From the NCBI GenBank assembly GCA_965208835.1, contig OZ242358.1, forward strand, positions 5,116,621-5,180,620: a stretch of 64,000 bases of DNA. The letters run 5' to 3'. The notes under the pieces are model-generated. The model did not search any database. It was not told the origin of the DNA and was given only the letters and a program-made list of their open reading frames with translations. Numbering within the stretch: the stretch's first letter is position 1; every line of letters starts with the position of its first letter. Position numbers and translations under genes: made by a program. The stretch comes from Candidatus Latescibacterota bacterium (lineage in GTDB: Bacteria; Latescibacterota; UBA2968; GCA-2709665). Positions 18,207 to 27,855 of this stretch are shown one piece after another.

Positions 18207-19256
18207 TCACCTGTATTCCATCAGCAATCGAAACCCAACTCGGTGACTGCCACCTGCGCCGCGAACACGCATCGCCGACCGCATTCTGAGAGCGGTGTCG
18301 AAGTAATAGCCCCCTCTGGCAACATGGAATGACCCCTGCCATCCTGCATTGACATTTTCAAACTCCGCAGGCTCGGGCGGCCCTCTCGGATCGATCTGCG
18401 CCTCTCCTGAATACGGGGCCCAGTAATCCTGAACCCATTCCAACACATTCCCGTACATATCGTATAGGCCCCACGGATTCGGCAATACGCTTCCCGTCTC
18501 CTGAGGCTCCAGGCTGCCGTAGACCACGCGGCCGTCCGGCATCAACGTCGCATTCCGCGAGTTCTCACGATAGCGGGCATAATCGCCGATACGGCTCGAG
18601 TCGGCTCCGAAAAACCACGTCGTCGTAGTGCCTGCCCTGCACGCATATTCCCACTCCGCCTCCGTCGGCAACCGGAAAATGTCCTTTCCTTCCGCCTCGT
18701 TCAATCTCCGAATGAATGACTGTATCCACTCCCAACGCGCGCTGCGAGCCGGGTATCTTGTCTTCTCGAGTTCATCGGTTGCTCCGAACCGCTCCCACGG
18801 ACGCGTATTCATCACGCTCTGCCACTGCGCCTGGGTGACTTCGTATTTACCGAGGTAAAACCCCTGAGTAATGGTAACTTCGTGCTGAGGACCCTCGTCA
18901 TCCCGGCGCCCCGGCTCTGTATCGGGCGATCCCATCAGAAAGCGGCCGGGCTGGATCCAGACCATCGCCAGCTTCGCGCCGCCTGGAAGCGTCACAGCAA
19001 TATTCCTTTCGGGTGCGCCCTCCCCGAACTGCTTCGCAAAGAGAACAAAGTCCGGAAAGTCCACATTCCCGTTGCCGTCGAGATCGAAACCGGATTGATC
19101 GGACCCGAACGCCTGAGCGAAGAGGATAAAATCACCGAAATCCACAATGCCATTGGCGTCGAAATCCGCGTCACGGGAGGGTTGGGCGATTACAATCTGT
19201 TTCGCAGTCAGCATCGCGCCAAGGGCAATCAAGCCGATAATTGCATTTCGTCTCAT
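18207..19256 (-). CDS. Secreted FGE-fold protein with EF-hand/dockerin-like module, copy 3
   Basis: Same architecture; the N-terminal module is nearly identical in DNA to copy 2. Confidence 0.92.
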   Translation of the reverse strand: MRRNAIIGLIALGAMLTAKQIVIAQPSRDADFDANGIVDFGDFILFAQAFGSDQSGFDLDGNGNVDFPDFVLFAKQFGEGAPERNIAVTLPGGAKLAMVWIQPGRFLMGSPDTEPGRRDDEGPQHEVTITQGFYLGKYEVTQAQWQSVMNTRPWERFGATDELEKTRYPARSARWEWIQSFIRRLNEAEGKDIFRLPTEAEWEYACRAGTTTTWFFGADSSRIGDYARYRENSRNATLMPDGRVVYGSLEPQETGSVLPNPWGLYDMYGNVLEWVQDYWAPYSGEAQIDPRGPPEPAEFENVNAGWQGSFHVARGGYYFDTALRMRSAMRVRGAGGSHRVGFRLLMEYR

Positions 19257-19376
19257 TTCACACAAATCTCCTGCTTGTCAACGAACCACGACGCGTGCGG
19301 GATTCAGCATTCGGCGTACAATGCCTCAATGCCCGGGACCAATCCCGACAAGGCGACTCACGGATCTATACTGATT

Positions 19377-20414
19377 TTACCTGTTTTCCATCAACAAGCG
19401 AAATCCGGTGAGGATATTCCGGCGCCAACCACGGTATCTGACAGCCGACCGTATCGCTATAGGGCGATCTTGGTACGATCCCCCTCTCTCAACGTGGCTG
19501 TTATGCGGTGCTTGTCCTTCAGTCGGCCACGCAGGACCCTTCGGATCGATCTGGGGCTCGTCTGAGTACGGACCGTAAAAATCCTGCACCCACTCACGTG
19601 CGTTCCCGTGCATATCGTATAGCCCCCACGGGTTCGGAAAGACGCTACCCGTCTCCTGTGCCTCAGGGTTTCCATACGCTATGCTACCGTCATCTCTGAC
19701 GATCACCGCCCGTGAGTTTTCGTTATAACGTACGTAATCCGCGATGCGGGTCGAATCCTCACCGAACGACCAGCGGCTCGTCGTACCGGCCCTGCAAGCG
19801 TATTCCCATTCCGCTTCCGTCGGTAATCGGAATATATCACTTCCTTCTGCTTCGTTTAATCTGCGAATGAAGCCCTCAACGTCTTGCCAGTCCATGTTGA
19901 CCGCTGGAAATTTGCCTTTCGTCTGATCTTCTGCAACGCCAGCCCAATTCCAGGGGCGGGAGTTCATTACGCTCTCCCATTGAGCCCTTGTCACTTCATA
20001 TTTGCCGAAATAGTATCCTGTTGTGATAGTTACTACACGCTGGGGGCCCTCATCCTCATTTCGACCCGACTCAGAATTTGGCGATCCCATCAGGAACCTG
20101 CCGGGTTGGATCCAGACCATTTCGAGTTTCGCACTGCCTGGAAGCGTTACCGTAACGTCCTCTTCCGGCGCACCCTCACCAAATTGCTCAGCAAATAGGA
20201 TAAAATCCGGAAAATCGACGATTCCGTTGCCGTCAAGGTCGAAATTGGATTGCTCAGACCCGAACGCCTGCGCGAACAGAATGAAATCTCCGAAATCCAC
20301 AATGCCATTTGCGTCGAAATCCGCATTACCTGCGGATTGGGCTGTCAGAAGCGGCGTTGAAGCCAACAGCGTTCCAAGGGCGACGAACAGGGTTATGGCG
20401 TACCGTCTCACCAT
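19377..20414 (-). CDS. Secreted FGE-fold protein with EF-hand/dockerin-like module, copy 4 (first in transcription order)
   Basis: Same architecture; start 'MVRRYAITL' at 20414. Confidence 0.92.
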   Translation of the reverse strand: MVRRYAITLFVALGTLLASTPLLTAQSAGNADFDANGIVDFGDFILFAQAFGSEQSNFDLDGNGIVDFPDFILFAEQFGEGAPEEDVTVTLPGSAKLEMVWIQPGRFLMGSPNSESGRNEDEGPQRVVTITTGYYFGKYEVTRAQWESVMNSRPWNWAGVAEDQTKGKFPAVNMDWQDVEGFIRRLNEAEGSDIFRLPTEAEWEYACRAGTTSRWSFGEDSTRIADYVRYNENSRAVIVRDDGSIAYGNPEAQETGSVFPNPWGLYDMHGNAREWVQDFYGPYSDEPQIDPKGPAWPTEGQAPHNSHVERGGSYQDRPIAIRSAVRYRGWRRNILTGFRLLMENR

Positions 20415-20642
20415 TTCCAGGATGCCTTCAAACCGCCTGGTGCAGGTATATGTGAGCGCCAAAGTTCAGGTTTCCAGTGACCGACAGTCTTTACTATGCA
20501 CAAGCACAGTGACTCGTCAATTCTATAAAATAAATTCATTTGAAATATTAATCAAGGTTCAGCGAAATCGACCGGGTTCAATGAATTGGTCTGCGGAAGG
20601 AGCCGGACAACAGGCCGCGGGCCTTCCCGAACGCCTTGATCT

Positions 20643-23033
20643 TCAATCAATAACGCGGAACAACGCGTCGCGTGACACAACCTGCCCGTTATGCATGTCC
20701 CTGACCCTCACTGATAGTCGGTGAACGCCTGCGGGCACGTGGCTCAAGTCAATCTGCAGATACGTGAAGTCATCCTCGCGATCACCCTCGTACCGCGCCG
20801 TAATCGTCGTCTCAACCCCCTCTTTGCTTCGACCCATCTTCCTGATCCGGCTGGCAAGTTCATCCTCTTCAGGAAACACATATCTCACACGATACGTCAC
20901 TTCCTCTTCTCGTCCCCTTACGAAAAGGTCCGGGCTCACGTCCCGGCTTGTTACGAAAACACCCGCAGGCGGCTGATCTTCATCAATCGGCAACCGTGCT
21001 TGTCGGCCCGTTTGTCTGTGTCGGCTCTCTTGCTCGAATGCCACCTCCAATTGAACGCCGCCTTGCCGCAGTCGCTCCGCCATGAACAGGTATGGATCAA
21101 TCTCTTCACGAACCGGCCGGCCGATACGATACGAGATTTCATATTCCGTGCGCCCGTACCTGTCCCGCTTGAGATTGTACACCTCAAGATAGATAAATGC
21201 GGGTTCCGAACGATGGTAGGTACGTAGAGGATTCGCCACGACCTTGAGATCGTCTCGTCCCCCCGGAAACGGCGTCCGCGTTTCGATGTGGGTAGCCAAC
21301 AATAAATCGCTGACTGACAATAAAGAATCCACGGCCAGGAACCTGCGCTTTTCCTGAAATGTCCCGATTGATCGCCGCGTCCGATCACGCATCTCCACCA
21401 CCAATTGATACGTGCCCGGCGCCAACCTGAACACCCTTTGAAATACCAGATGATCTTCCCGAAAACTGTCAGCGGATGGGTACCCGGTTTTTGTCAATAC
21501 TGGCCATCGCACCTTGAGATCGGACCGATTTCGATATACCTCGTTCCAGAGTTCGTCGAAAAGAAAAAGGCCGTTTTCCAGCACGATTGTGCTGTCCACA
21601 TTCGTGACCGACACATTATACTTCGGCAGTACATACGACAGTTCCGCGCGAAGCCTTCCCCTATCCTTGAATGTAGCCAACTGGTAGGGAATTCTATATT
21701 TGCTGTGCCGATACGGGTCGGTATAGTGAGATGGTGTATGGTTGAACACGTATTGACCAGAGGTACGTGTCGTATCGAAACGCCAGGCGTCAAACCCGTC
21801 CCAATTGCGAAACGTTATTGAGAATCCATCATAGAACCACGTTTCCAGATGGTCTGGTCTTTCGAAATCGGGTCTTACAGAAATTCGGCGCAGGTATTTC
21901 CCGAACTTGATATAGGCCTTGCCCATCGCCGTCCGCCAGCCGGGAATGCTCTTCAATCGTCTGCTAAAGCGCAGATTCGCGTAAGCCACTCGTCCATAGT
22001 GTTCGAGTCTTCTTTCGTTATACTCAGTCAAATACAACGGATCCCGCTTTCTCCAGAACCGGGAGAGTTCCGGGGTGTCCTCCCAGGGGTGATGCGCCCC
22101 TACAAATCGATCTCGGCCCATAGTGGGTAACATGCGCTTTTCCTGCTTTGTGGCGACAAGTTCGACAGATTCCATCAGTGCGCGCTCATCGGGGTCCATC
22201 TGGCGAATCGCCTGATCGTAGAATCGAAAGGCGGCGTCCTGCTCGCCGATAGTTTGATATCCAAATCCGATATACAGAAGCGCATCCTTATCGCCCGGCA
22301 CCTCCCCCAGAAGTTTTCGCGATACGTGAATCAATCCCTCTGGGTTGCCGCTTTCAAAATGAATCAGTCCCAGATAGTAATAGGCATCTCTTAGTTTCGA
22401 ATCGCTTTCGATACTATGTTCGAAGTGACTTATCGCCCTGACGCGATCTTTTTCTCCAAAATCCCTCCAATAAAACAGGTGCCTTGTCTTTGGTTCTCCG
22501 GCAAACGACCCTTCTACGATATCCACATATTGCATGTCGATGAATTTTTCAAAGTCCTTAAGGGCGTAATATCCCGCCATGAATGCTGATTCAGCATTAC
22601 CAGGATGCGCACTGGAAATTTCCTCGTATTTCTTCGCGGAATTATACCAGAATCCTTGTTTTCCCAGCAACTCGGCAAGCTTCAACTGATATGTGACATT
22701 TGTGGAATCCAGGCGTATCGCATTGTTCAGGGCGTTCCGGGCGCTTTGCCGGTCCATGGGCGTGTCAAGCGACATATACAGCTTCGCGACTTCATAATGC
22801 GCAGGTGCAAAGTCCCTGTCAGCTCCCAAAGCTGAACGGAAAGCCTCGAAACTCTCGTCTACGGTAACACTTCCAACTTGCTCCATCGCAGTCTCATAGA
22901 GCCTTTCGGCAAGCTGACTATCGCCGGCGGCAATCGGCGCCGAGAGGTATAATCCGTGAAACAGTACGGCGCAGATCGATGAAGTCAGGCACGTGCGGCG
23001 TCTGTGCAGTTCGCAAATCCTTGGGAATGGCAT
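20643..23033 (-). CDS. Exported GWxTD-domain/TPR protein, short subtype (B2)
   Basis: Signal-like N-terminus, TPRs, 'FWRKRDPLYLTEYNERRLEHYGRVAYANLRFS...GWRTAMGKAYIKFG', 'SDLLLA', 'YLEVYNL'. Confidence 0.88.
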   Translation of the reverse strand: MPFPRICELHRRRTCLTSSICAVLFHGLYLSAPIAAGDSQLAERLYETAMEQVGSVTVDESFEAFRSALGADRDFAPAHYEVAKLYMSLDTPMDRQSARNALNNAIRLDSTNVTYQLKLAELLGKQGFWYNSAKKYEEISSAHPGNAESAFMAGYYALKDFEKFIDMQYVDIVEGSFAGEPKTRHLFYWRDFGEKDRVRAISHFEHSIESDSKLRDAYYYLGLIHFESGNPEGLIHVSRKLLGEVPGDKDALLYIGFGYQTIGEQDAAFRFYDQAIRQMDPDERALMESVELVATKQEKRMLPTMGRDRFVGAHHPWEDTPELSRFWRKRDPLYLTEYNERRLEHYGRVAYANLRFSRRLKSIPGWRTAMGKAYIKFGKYLRRISVRPDFERPDHLETWFYDGFSITFRNWDGFDAWRFDTTRTSGQYVFNHTPSHYTDPYRHSKYRIPYQLATFKDRGRLRAELSYVLPKYNVSVTNVDSTIVLENGLFLFDELWNEVYRNRSDLKVRWPVLTKTGYPSADSFREDHLVFQRVFRLAPGTYQLVVEMRDRTRRSIGTFQEKRRFLAVDSLLSVSDLLLATHIETRTPFPGGRDDLKVVANPLRTYHRSEPAFIYLEVYNLKRDRYGRTEYEISYRIGRPVREEIDPYLFMAERLRQGGVQLEVAFEQESRHRQTGRQARLPIDEDQPPAGVFVTSRDVSPDLFVRGREEEVTYRVRYVFPEEDELASRIRKMGRSKEGVETTITARYEGDREDDFTYLQIDLSHVPAGVHRLSVRVRDMHNGQVVSRDALFRVID

Positions 23034-23109
23034 TGTAAGAACCCTGGCGCGGCTTCGTGATGTTCAGCCGCAACCTGATAGGTGGCAGCGAATGCGCGTC
23101 CGTTTGATG

Positions 23110-23235
23110 GACCAATCACTCCCCCCTTGAAGGGGAGTCGCAAAAGCCGAGCAGGTCTGTGAGCCGCTGTCCTGAGACTGCCGAAGGGTTGTCGATGGTT
23201 CGAAGGCGCCGCCCTGAGCTTGTCGAAGGGACCGG
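23110..23235 (-). repeat. Composite REP-like element, inverted copy of 36060-36185
   Basis: CCAATCACTCCCCCCTTGAAGGGGAGTCGCAAAAGCCGAGC and CCCTGAGCTTGTCGAAGGG match the reverse complement of the 36 kb element. Confidence 0.75.
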
Positions 23236-23568
23236 CGAACGCTGATGCGGTCGGGGGATTTCAACGCCTTACCTTTCCAGGCAACGCGAACAGGAATGCA
23301 CCCGATTTGCATCGAAGGCATACAATGAGGTCGTTTCCCGATTCCAGTCTCTTAATCGATCGTAAAACCTGTGTACGCGACCGTGCTCCTGCCCGCAAAC
23401 GACTCTCAAAACAACAATACTCAGCTCATGCTGGTCGCCTGTCCTGGAGCCATGGGGAACCGGCAGGCGACGTTCCCAATTGCCGTGATCTTCACTCAAT
23501 CACAACGAGGGTGGGGGCAGACATTCCTGTCGTGCCCTTCTCTTTTCCCCTGCCTGATATGGACCGAC

Positions 23569-26500
23569 CTATCGTGTGATAACAAACACCACGTCTTTCT
23601 CCGCCGTTTCGCCGCTGTTGCCATCCTCGATTGATACCCTGAGAGAGTATCGGCCCGGAACCTGTTCATCCAGCGCGAGTTCCACGTATTCCATTTCCCG
23701 TTCAGCATCACCCAGTTGTTCGTACGTAACGGCCAGTTCTTCTCTCTTGCCGGCTTCCCACCGGAAGAGTCGGGAGATATTGCTCACGTTGCCCGGTGAT
23801 TCCCTCGATGTGATCGTGTAGGAGACGTTGTACTTTGTCTGCCCGAACTCATCCTTATTCAAATTGTAAATCTCGTAGTAGACGAATACGCTCTGGCCCT
23901 TCCTGTAAGTTCGGGAAGGCATCGGGACGACATGTAGGTCTCCTTTGGTGAACTTTCCGGATTGTCTGGTTTCGCCAACCTGCCATGCCAGTTCCAGGTC
24001 GCTGATCCGCAGCCCCTCCTCGCCATATGGCTCCACAACGACCTGCTGCTGATAGATGCCTATTCGCCCTCTCACGCGGTCCTGTGACTTCACCTCCAGA
24101 CGGTAGGCGCCGGGCGGCAGGTTCAGCTTCAGGACGTCGAGCGCCATCAGGCCTTCTCCGGCCTGGTTGCCTGCGGCTTCGTAGGTGATCTCACCGGTTT
24201 GCCGGTAGACCGTATCCAGCGACGATGATATGAGCGCCGCATGGTGCGTCAGAACCTGGCGAGTTACATCTTCTTCGAATACGTAGTGACCCGGAAGGAT
24301 TGGAACTCCATAATAGATCTCCAATACGCTACGATCGTCACTACCCCTGAAGTCAGCCAGCGAATAGTGAAAATCCAGAGGTGGTTTTTCGTCTTCCGGG
24401 ACATAGAAATCTGGAGCAACCGACGACGCTCGTTGGAACACGGATCGAGGAGAATTGGTACTCAACGAAGCGGACTGACGTATTGACCTTCCTCCCTGGT
24501 TGGTCGGTATCGGGGCATAGTCATAGGTTCCGGAACCGATTTCGTCTGTAAAAGTGATTTCAATGCCACCCGCCACGTCAACATAGATCCATGTCTCCCA
24601 GGGAACCGTACTTGGGTCGTCGCCTGAAGTTACCGGATGATAGTCACCGAATCCAAGCCGTTCGTCCATTGGCAAAATTCCGATACGGACTTCGTCATCA
24701 GGGGCCGGTGAAGGCGTTGTGACCTCCTCAACGGCAGATGTACCTCCTTCGGAGGTCCCCGAGCCTGTTGAGGCACCAATTCCAAAATCATCGGCAGGGA
24801 CATCACCTACATCGTCCAGATCGGACGATCCGGATGCATTCTCATTGTTGATGTCTTTCAAATCATACCAGGCACCATCCAACTGTTTGAGGCTGCGTAC
24901 GGGGTACACAGGTCCAACGAACGTGTGCGCCCCGACGTCGCTCTTGTAAATCTGGAAAGCGAGGCGCTCCTTGACCCGCTGTACTTCAAGGCTCTGTTTG
25001 AAATTGGGGTCGTCCGACCTTGATCGATGGTCGGGTTCACCGAACCGAATATAGACTTCGCCTCGTGCATCCCAGGGCTTTTTACTCTTGGAGAACTCCG
25101 TGAGCGCGTACCAGACCCTTCTGTAGTGTTCAAGTTGACGTTCATTGACGGGGGTTGACAGATCCGGGTCTTTGGAATTCCAGAAGCGCTCCAAATAATC
25201 AGCACGGTCGGTACCCTCGGCTTCGCCAAGGCTCTTTAGTTCTTCGCTGGACGCAATACGCGTTACATCTTCGTACCATTTTTGCTCATCCGGGGCAAGA
25301 CCGGAAATGTAGTCTTCGAAGAACCTCATTGCCATATCCAAACTGTCCTGCTTAATGGCGGAAATCGCAACGATGGGCATCAGCTTGATTGAATTCGGAT
25401 GCCTTTGGACAAAGTTGAATAGATGGTTCAAAATCTTCGAATAATCTCTGACTTTCAAGTATGCGATTCCGAGGCTGCGTTGCGCATCTGCATCTTCCGG
25501 TTGAAGGGCGAGGTATTTGGTATACCATACAACGGCCTTTTCAAATTCCCACGACAGGTTCAGATAGTAGTCTGCGATCAACAAATAGGCGCCGGCATGC
25601 TCGGGGTCCAGATCCAGTACTCTTTTTGCTTCCAATTCGGCATCGCGTTCCTTCATGTCGTATCGCACTCTAGCCATCTGGTACCGGGCATCCACAAACC
25701 TCCGATCTTTGATCAACGCTTCAGTGAAATGGTGGATGGCAAAATGCCGCTGCATGGGCCACGTCTTGTAGAGCATTCCCAGCCCATAATGCGCCTCCGC
25801 CTTACTTCCCAGCCTCAGAGCCCGGTGGAACGCTTCCTTCGATTCCTTGAATCTCTTCATTGTCAATAGAATGTGCCCCAGACTGATATATGCTTCAGGA
25901 TCCTTCGGTCTTTGGCGTGCGACATTTCGGAAAATCAAGCGCGCCTGTTCCAGTTTTTCCCGGTTCACGGCCAGGTTGCCAAGGAAGACAAGACTGTCTA
26001 CGCGAGCCGGTTGTAGTGCTGACCTCTTCGTGCGAATGCCTTCCGGTCCGGCGGTGCCGTATATCTGCTCTCGACTGTGCCAGAAACAGGCGAAGACCGG
26101 TGCGCCGGGCAACTTTTCGGGCTTGTAAAGATAGTCGCTGAAAAGCTTGTATTCGAAGTTCGCCGGGCAGGAGAACAGCAAGTCGAGGATCGCGATCTTG
26201 TCTTTTCGTTCGTTTCCCGCGGGCGAACCTCCGAGCTTTTCTTGAATCGTCCATTCATGTAGTTCTTCAAGGTTCGAAGGATCCCTCTCGTCATGGACTC
26301 GCTTAAATCCCTGTATCAAGCCCAGCATGCCGGTTAAGTGCTCTTGACATATGGTGGATTCCGTTTCGTGTTTCTTCGATTCAATCCAGAATTCACAGAC
26401 GTTGATATATCTCGTGCAACTCTTCCTGGAGAGGCCGTATTTTGCGGCTTTGTCGTAGAGGCGGCTAAATGCGCTTCTGGCATTCTTAAACATCTTTTCC

Positions 26501-27339
26501 GCGTGTTTTTCGTTTCCTCTGTGCAGCGCATTCTTGCCGCGTATATAGAGGTTGAGACCGGCGCCGATCATGCCCAACACGATTTCCGAAGAGTCCGTTT
26601 GGTCCAAGACGGCAGTAGAAAGCGCCCTCGAGTTGGACTCTCGATGCCGGTTTTCGTTCTTGGACCTGGCTTCTACCGCTTGTGCCTCACTAATCTCTCC
26701 ACTGTTGACGTGAATACGGATCGTCTTCGATCCATCCTGAATTCGGCACGAAACAGACGTTCCATCAGCTGACCACAATACAGGGGGCTTCACTTTGCCG
26801 GCAAACAGAAGCTTGATACCGGCCCCTTGGGCCGATACCCACAGGCCAGTGTTGATTCTCTCGAAAGAGTTCCCTCTGTATCCTACCATCGCCAATTTGC
26901 GTCCATCGGGAGATAGCGCTATGTCGTTTGGTTGAAAATCATCCGGAAGCGGCCACAATTCCTCTTCTGCGCCGTCAAGACTTAATTTCCATATCCCGTT
27001 TTTTATTATCGGAAGAGACTGTCCGCCATAATAAGAGGATGCCCAGACCTGATTTCGTAAGCTTCGCTCCAGATATATCAGGCCCTCACCAGCCGGATCA
27101 AAATGGAGATCACCCAATTCTCCAGGGTAAGTCTTGATCCTCATGGGTCGGTTATCCTCCTTCAAAACCACCCATATCTCCGTCACAGAAACCGCACCCT
27201 CGCCACGTTGCAGTCCAATTGCATGATCTCCGGCTTCCGACGTTACAGTGATTATCTCACGGCCAGACGCTTCGACAGGGCGGGGCAATGATGAAATGCA
27301 GAACGCAAACACGAGTAGACTATTTGTAATCCGAGCCAT
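23569..27339 (-). CDS. Exported GWxTD-domain/TPR protein, long subtype (A1), with N-terminal TolB-like propeller
   Basis: Signal peptide, 'IALSPDG' and 'WSADG', TPRs, 'FWNSKDPDLSTPVNERQLEHYRRVWYA...PWDARGEVYIRFGEPD'. RBS GAGGT. Confidence 0.9.
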   Translation of the reverse strand: MARITNSLLVFAFCISSLPRPVEASGREIITVTSEAGDHAIGLQRGEGAVSVTEIWVVLKEDNRPMRIKTYPGELGDLHFDPAGEGLIYLERSLRNQVWASSYYGGQSLPIIKNGIWKLSLDGAEEELWPLPDDFQPNDIALSPDGRKLAMVGYRGNSFERINTGLWVSAQGAGIKLLFAGKVKPPVLWSADGTSVSCRIQDGSKTIRIHVNSGEISEAQAVEARSKNENRHRESNSRALSTAVLDQTDSSEIVLGMIGAGLNLYIRGKNALHRGNEKHAEKMFKNARSAFSRLYDKAAKYGLSRKSCTRYINVCEFWIESKKHETESTICQEHLTGMLGLIQGFKRVHDERDPSNLEELHEWTIQEKLGGSPAGNERKDKIAILDLLFSCPANFEYKLFSDYLYKPEKLPGAPVFACFWHSREQIYGTAGPEGIRTKRSALQPARVDSLVFLGNLAVNREKLEQARLIFRNVARQRPKDPEAYISLGHILLTMKRFKESKEAFHRALRLGSKAEAHYGLGMLYKTWPMQRHFAIHHFTEALIKDRRFVDARYQMARVRYDMKERDAELEAKRVLDLDPEHAGAYLLIADYYLNLSWEFEKAVVWYTKYLALQPEDADAQRSLGIAYLKVRDYSKILNHLFNFVQRHPNSIKLMPIVAISAIKQDSLDMAMRFFEDYISGLAPDEQKWYEDVTRIASSEELKSLGEAEGTDRADYLERFWNSKDPDLSTPVNERQLEHYRRVWYALTEFSKSKKPWDARGEVYIRFGEPDHRSRSDDPNFKQSLEVQRVKERLAFQIYKSDVGAHTFVGPVYPVRSLKQLDGAWYDLKDINNENASGSSDLDDVGDVPADDFGIGASTGSGTSEGGTSAVEEVTTPSPAPDDEVRIGILPMDERLGFGDYHPVTSGDDPSTVPWETWIYVDVAGGIEITFTDEIGSGTYDYAPIPTNQGGRSIRQSASLSTNSPRSVFQRASSVAPDFYVPEDEKPPLDFHYSLADFRGSDDRSVLEIYYGVPILPGHYVFEEDVTRQVLTHHAALISSSLDTVYRQTGEITYEAAGNQAGEGLMALDVLKLNLPPGAYRLEVKSQDRVRGRIGIYQQQVVVEPYGEEGLRISDLELAWQVGETRQSGKFTKGDLHVVPMPSRTYRKGQSVFVYYEIYNLNKDEFGQTKYNVSYTITSRESPGNVSNISRLFRWEAGKREELAVTYEQLGDAEREMEYVELALDEQVPGRYSLRVSIEDGNSGETAEKDVVFVITR

Positions 27340-27442
27340 GACGTTTACCTCGTGTCATTCAAAGACACCTATTATTCGACAGAAAGCCTGAAACGAAAGA
27401 CGAGCTTCAAATTGCCACCGCGTCCAATACGTCGAGGCCGGT

Positions 27443-27674
27443 CGGCGCGAAATCCCTGTCCGCCTCTAATACTCGCTGGAAGGCTTTGATACTCTCCTCA
27501 GAGGCGACACTTCAGACCCGCTCCATCGCCGTCTCATAGAGCCTTTCGGCAAGCTGAGGATCGCCGGTGGTAATTGGCCCTGGGAGAGCGAGTCCGAGAC
27601 ACAGAACGGACGCCGACCATTGAAGTCGACCTTGTGCGGCGCCTATGCAGTTCAATATTTCGACGGAGCGGCAT
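27443..27674 (-). pseudogene. Decayed 5' fragment of a short-subtype GWxTD paralogue
   Basis: 'MPLRRNIELHRRRT...[frameshift]...GDPQLAERLYETAMERV*SVASEESIKAFQRVLEADRDFAP' aligns with the B2 N-terminus 'MPFPRICELHRRRT...GDSQLAERLYETAMEQVGSV...ADRDFAP'. Shared DNA: GTCTCATAGAGCCTTTCGGCAAGCTGA. Confidence 0.85.
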
Positions 27675-27855
27675 TGCGTGTGCATTCAAATTCACATCGA
27701 GGAGAAACCGTCGATAAGTTGCGGATTAGAAAAATGAACCTTGCATTGGATTCCTACGGAGAGAAAAAGGGCTTGAACCAAGCGGTTGGAACATACCAGA
27801 TACGGCATGGTGTGGCCCAAGGATTCGAACGCAAGACCCGATCCTGATCGGGATT

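Noticed and set aside
15906-20414. Active diversity-generating retroelement at the FGE array
   Set aside because: No reverse transcriptase, Avd or non-coding template repeat is visible in the window, and the paralogue 3' ends differ by indels and at all bases rather than at adenines only. A remote DGR cannot be excluded.
15906-20414. FGE proteins as maturases for the sulfatase at 57123-58571
   Set aside because: They lack the catalytic cysteine pair, carry signal peptides, and lie about 37 kb away.
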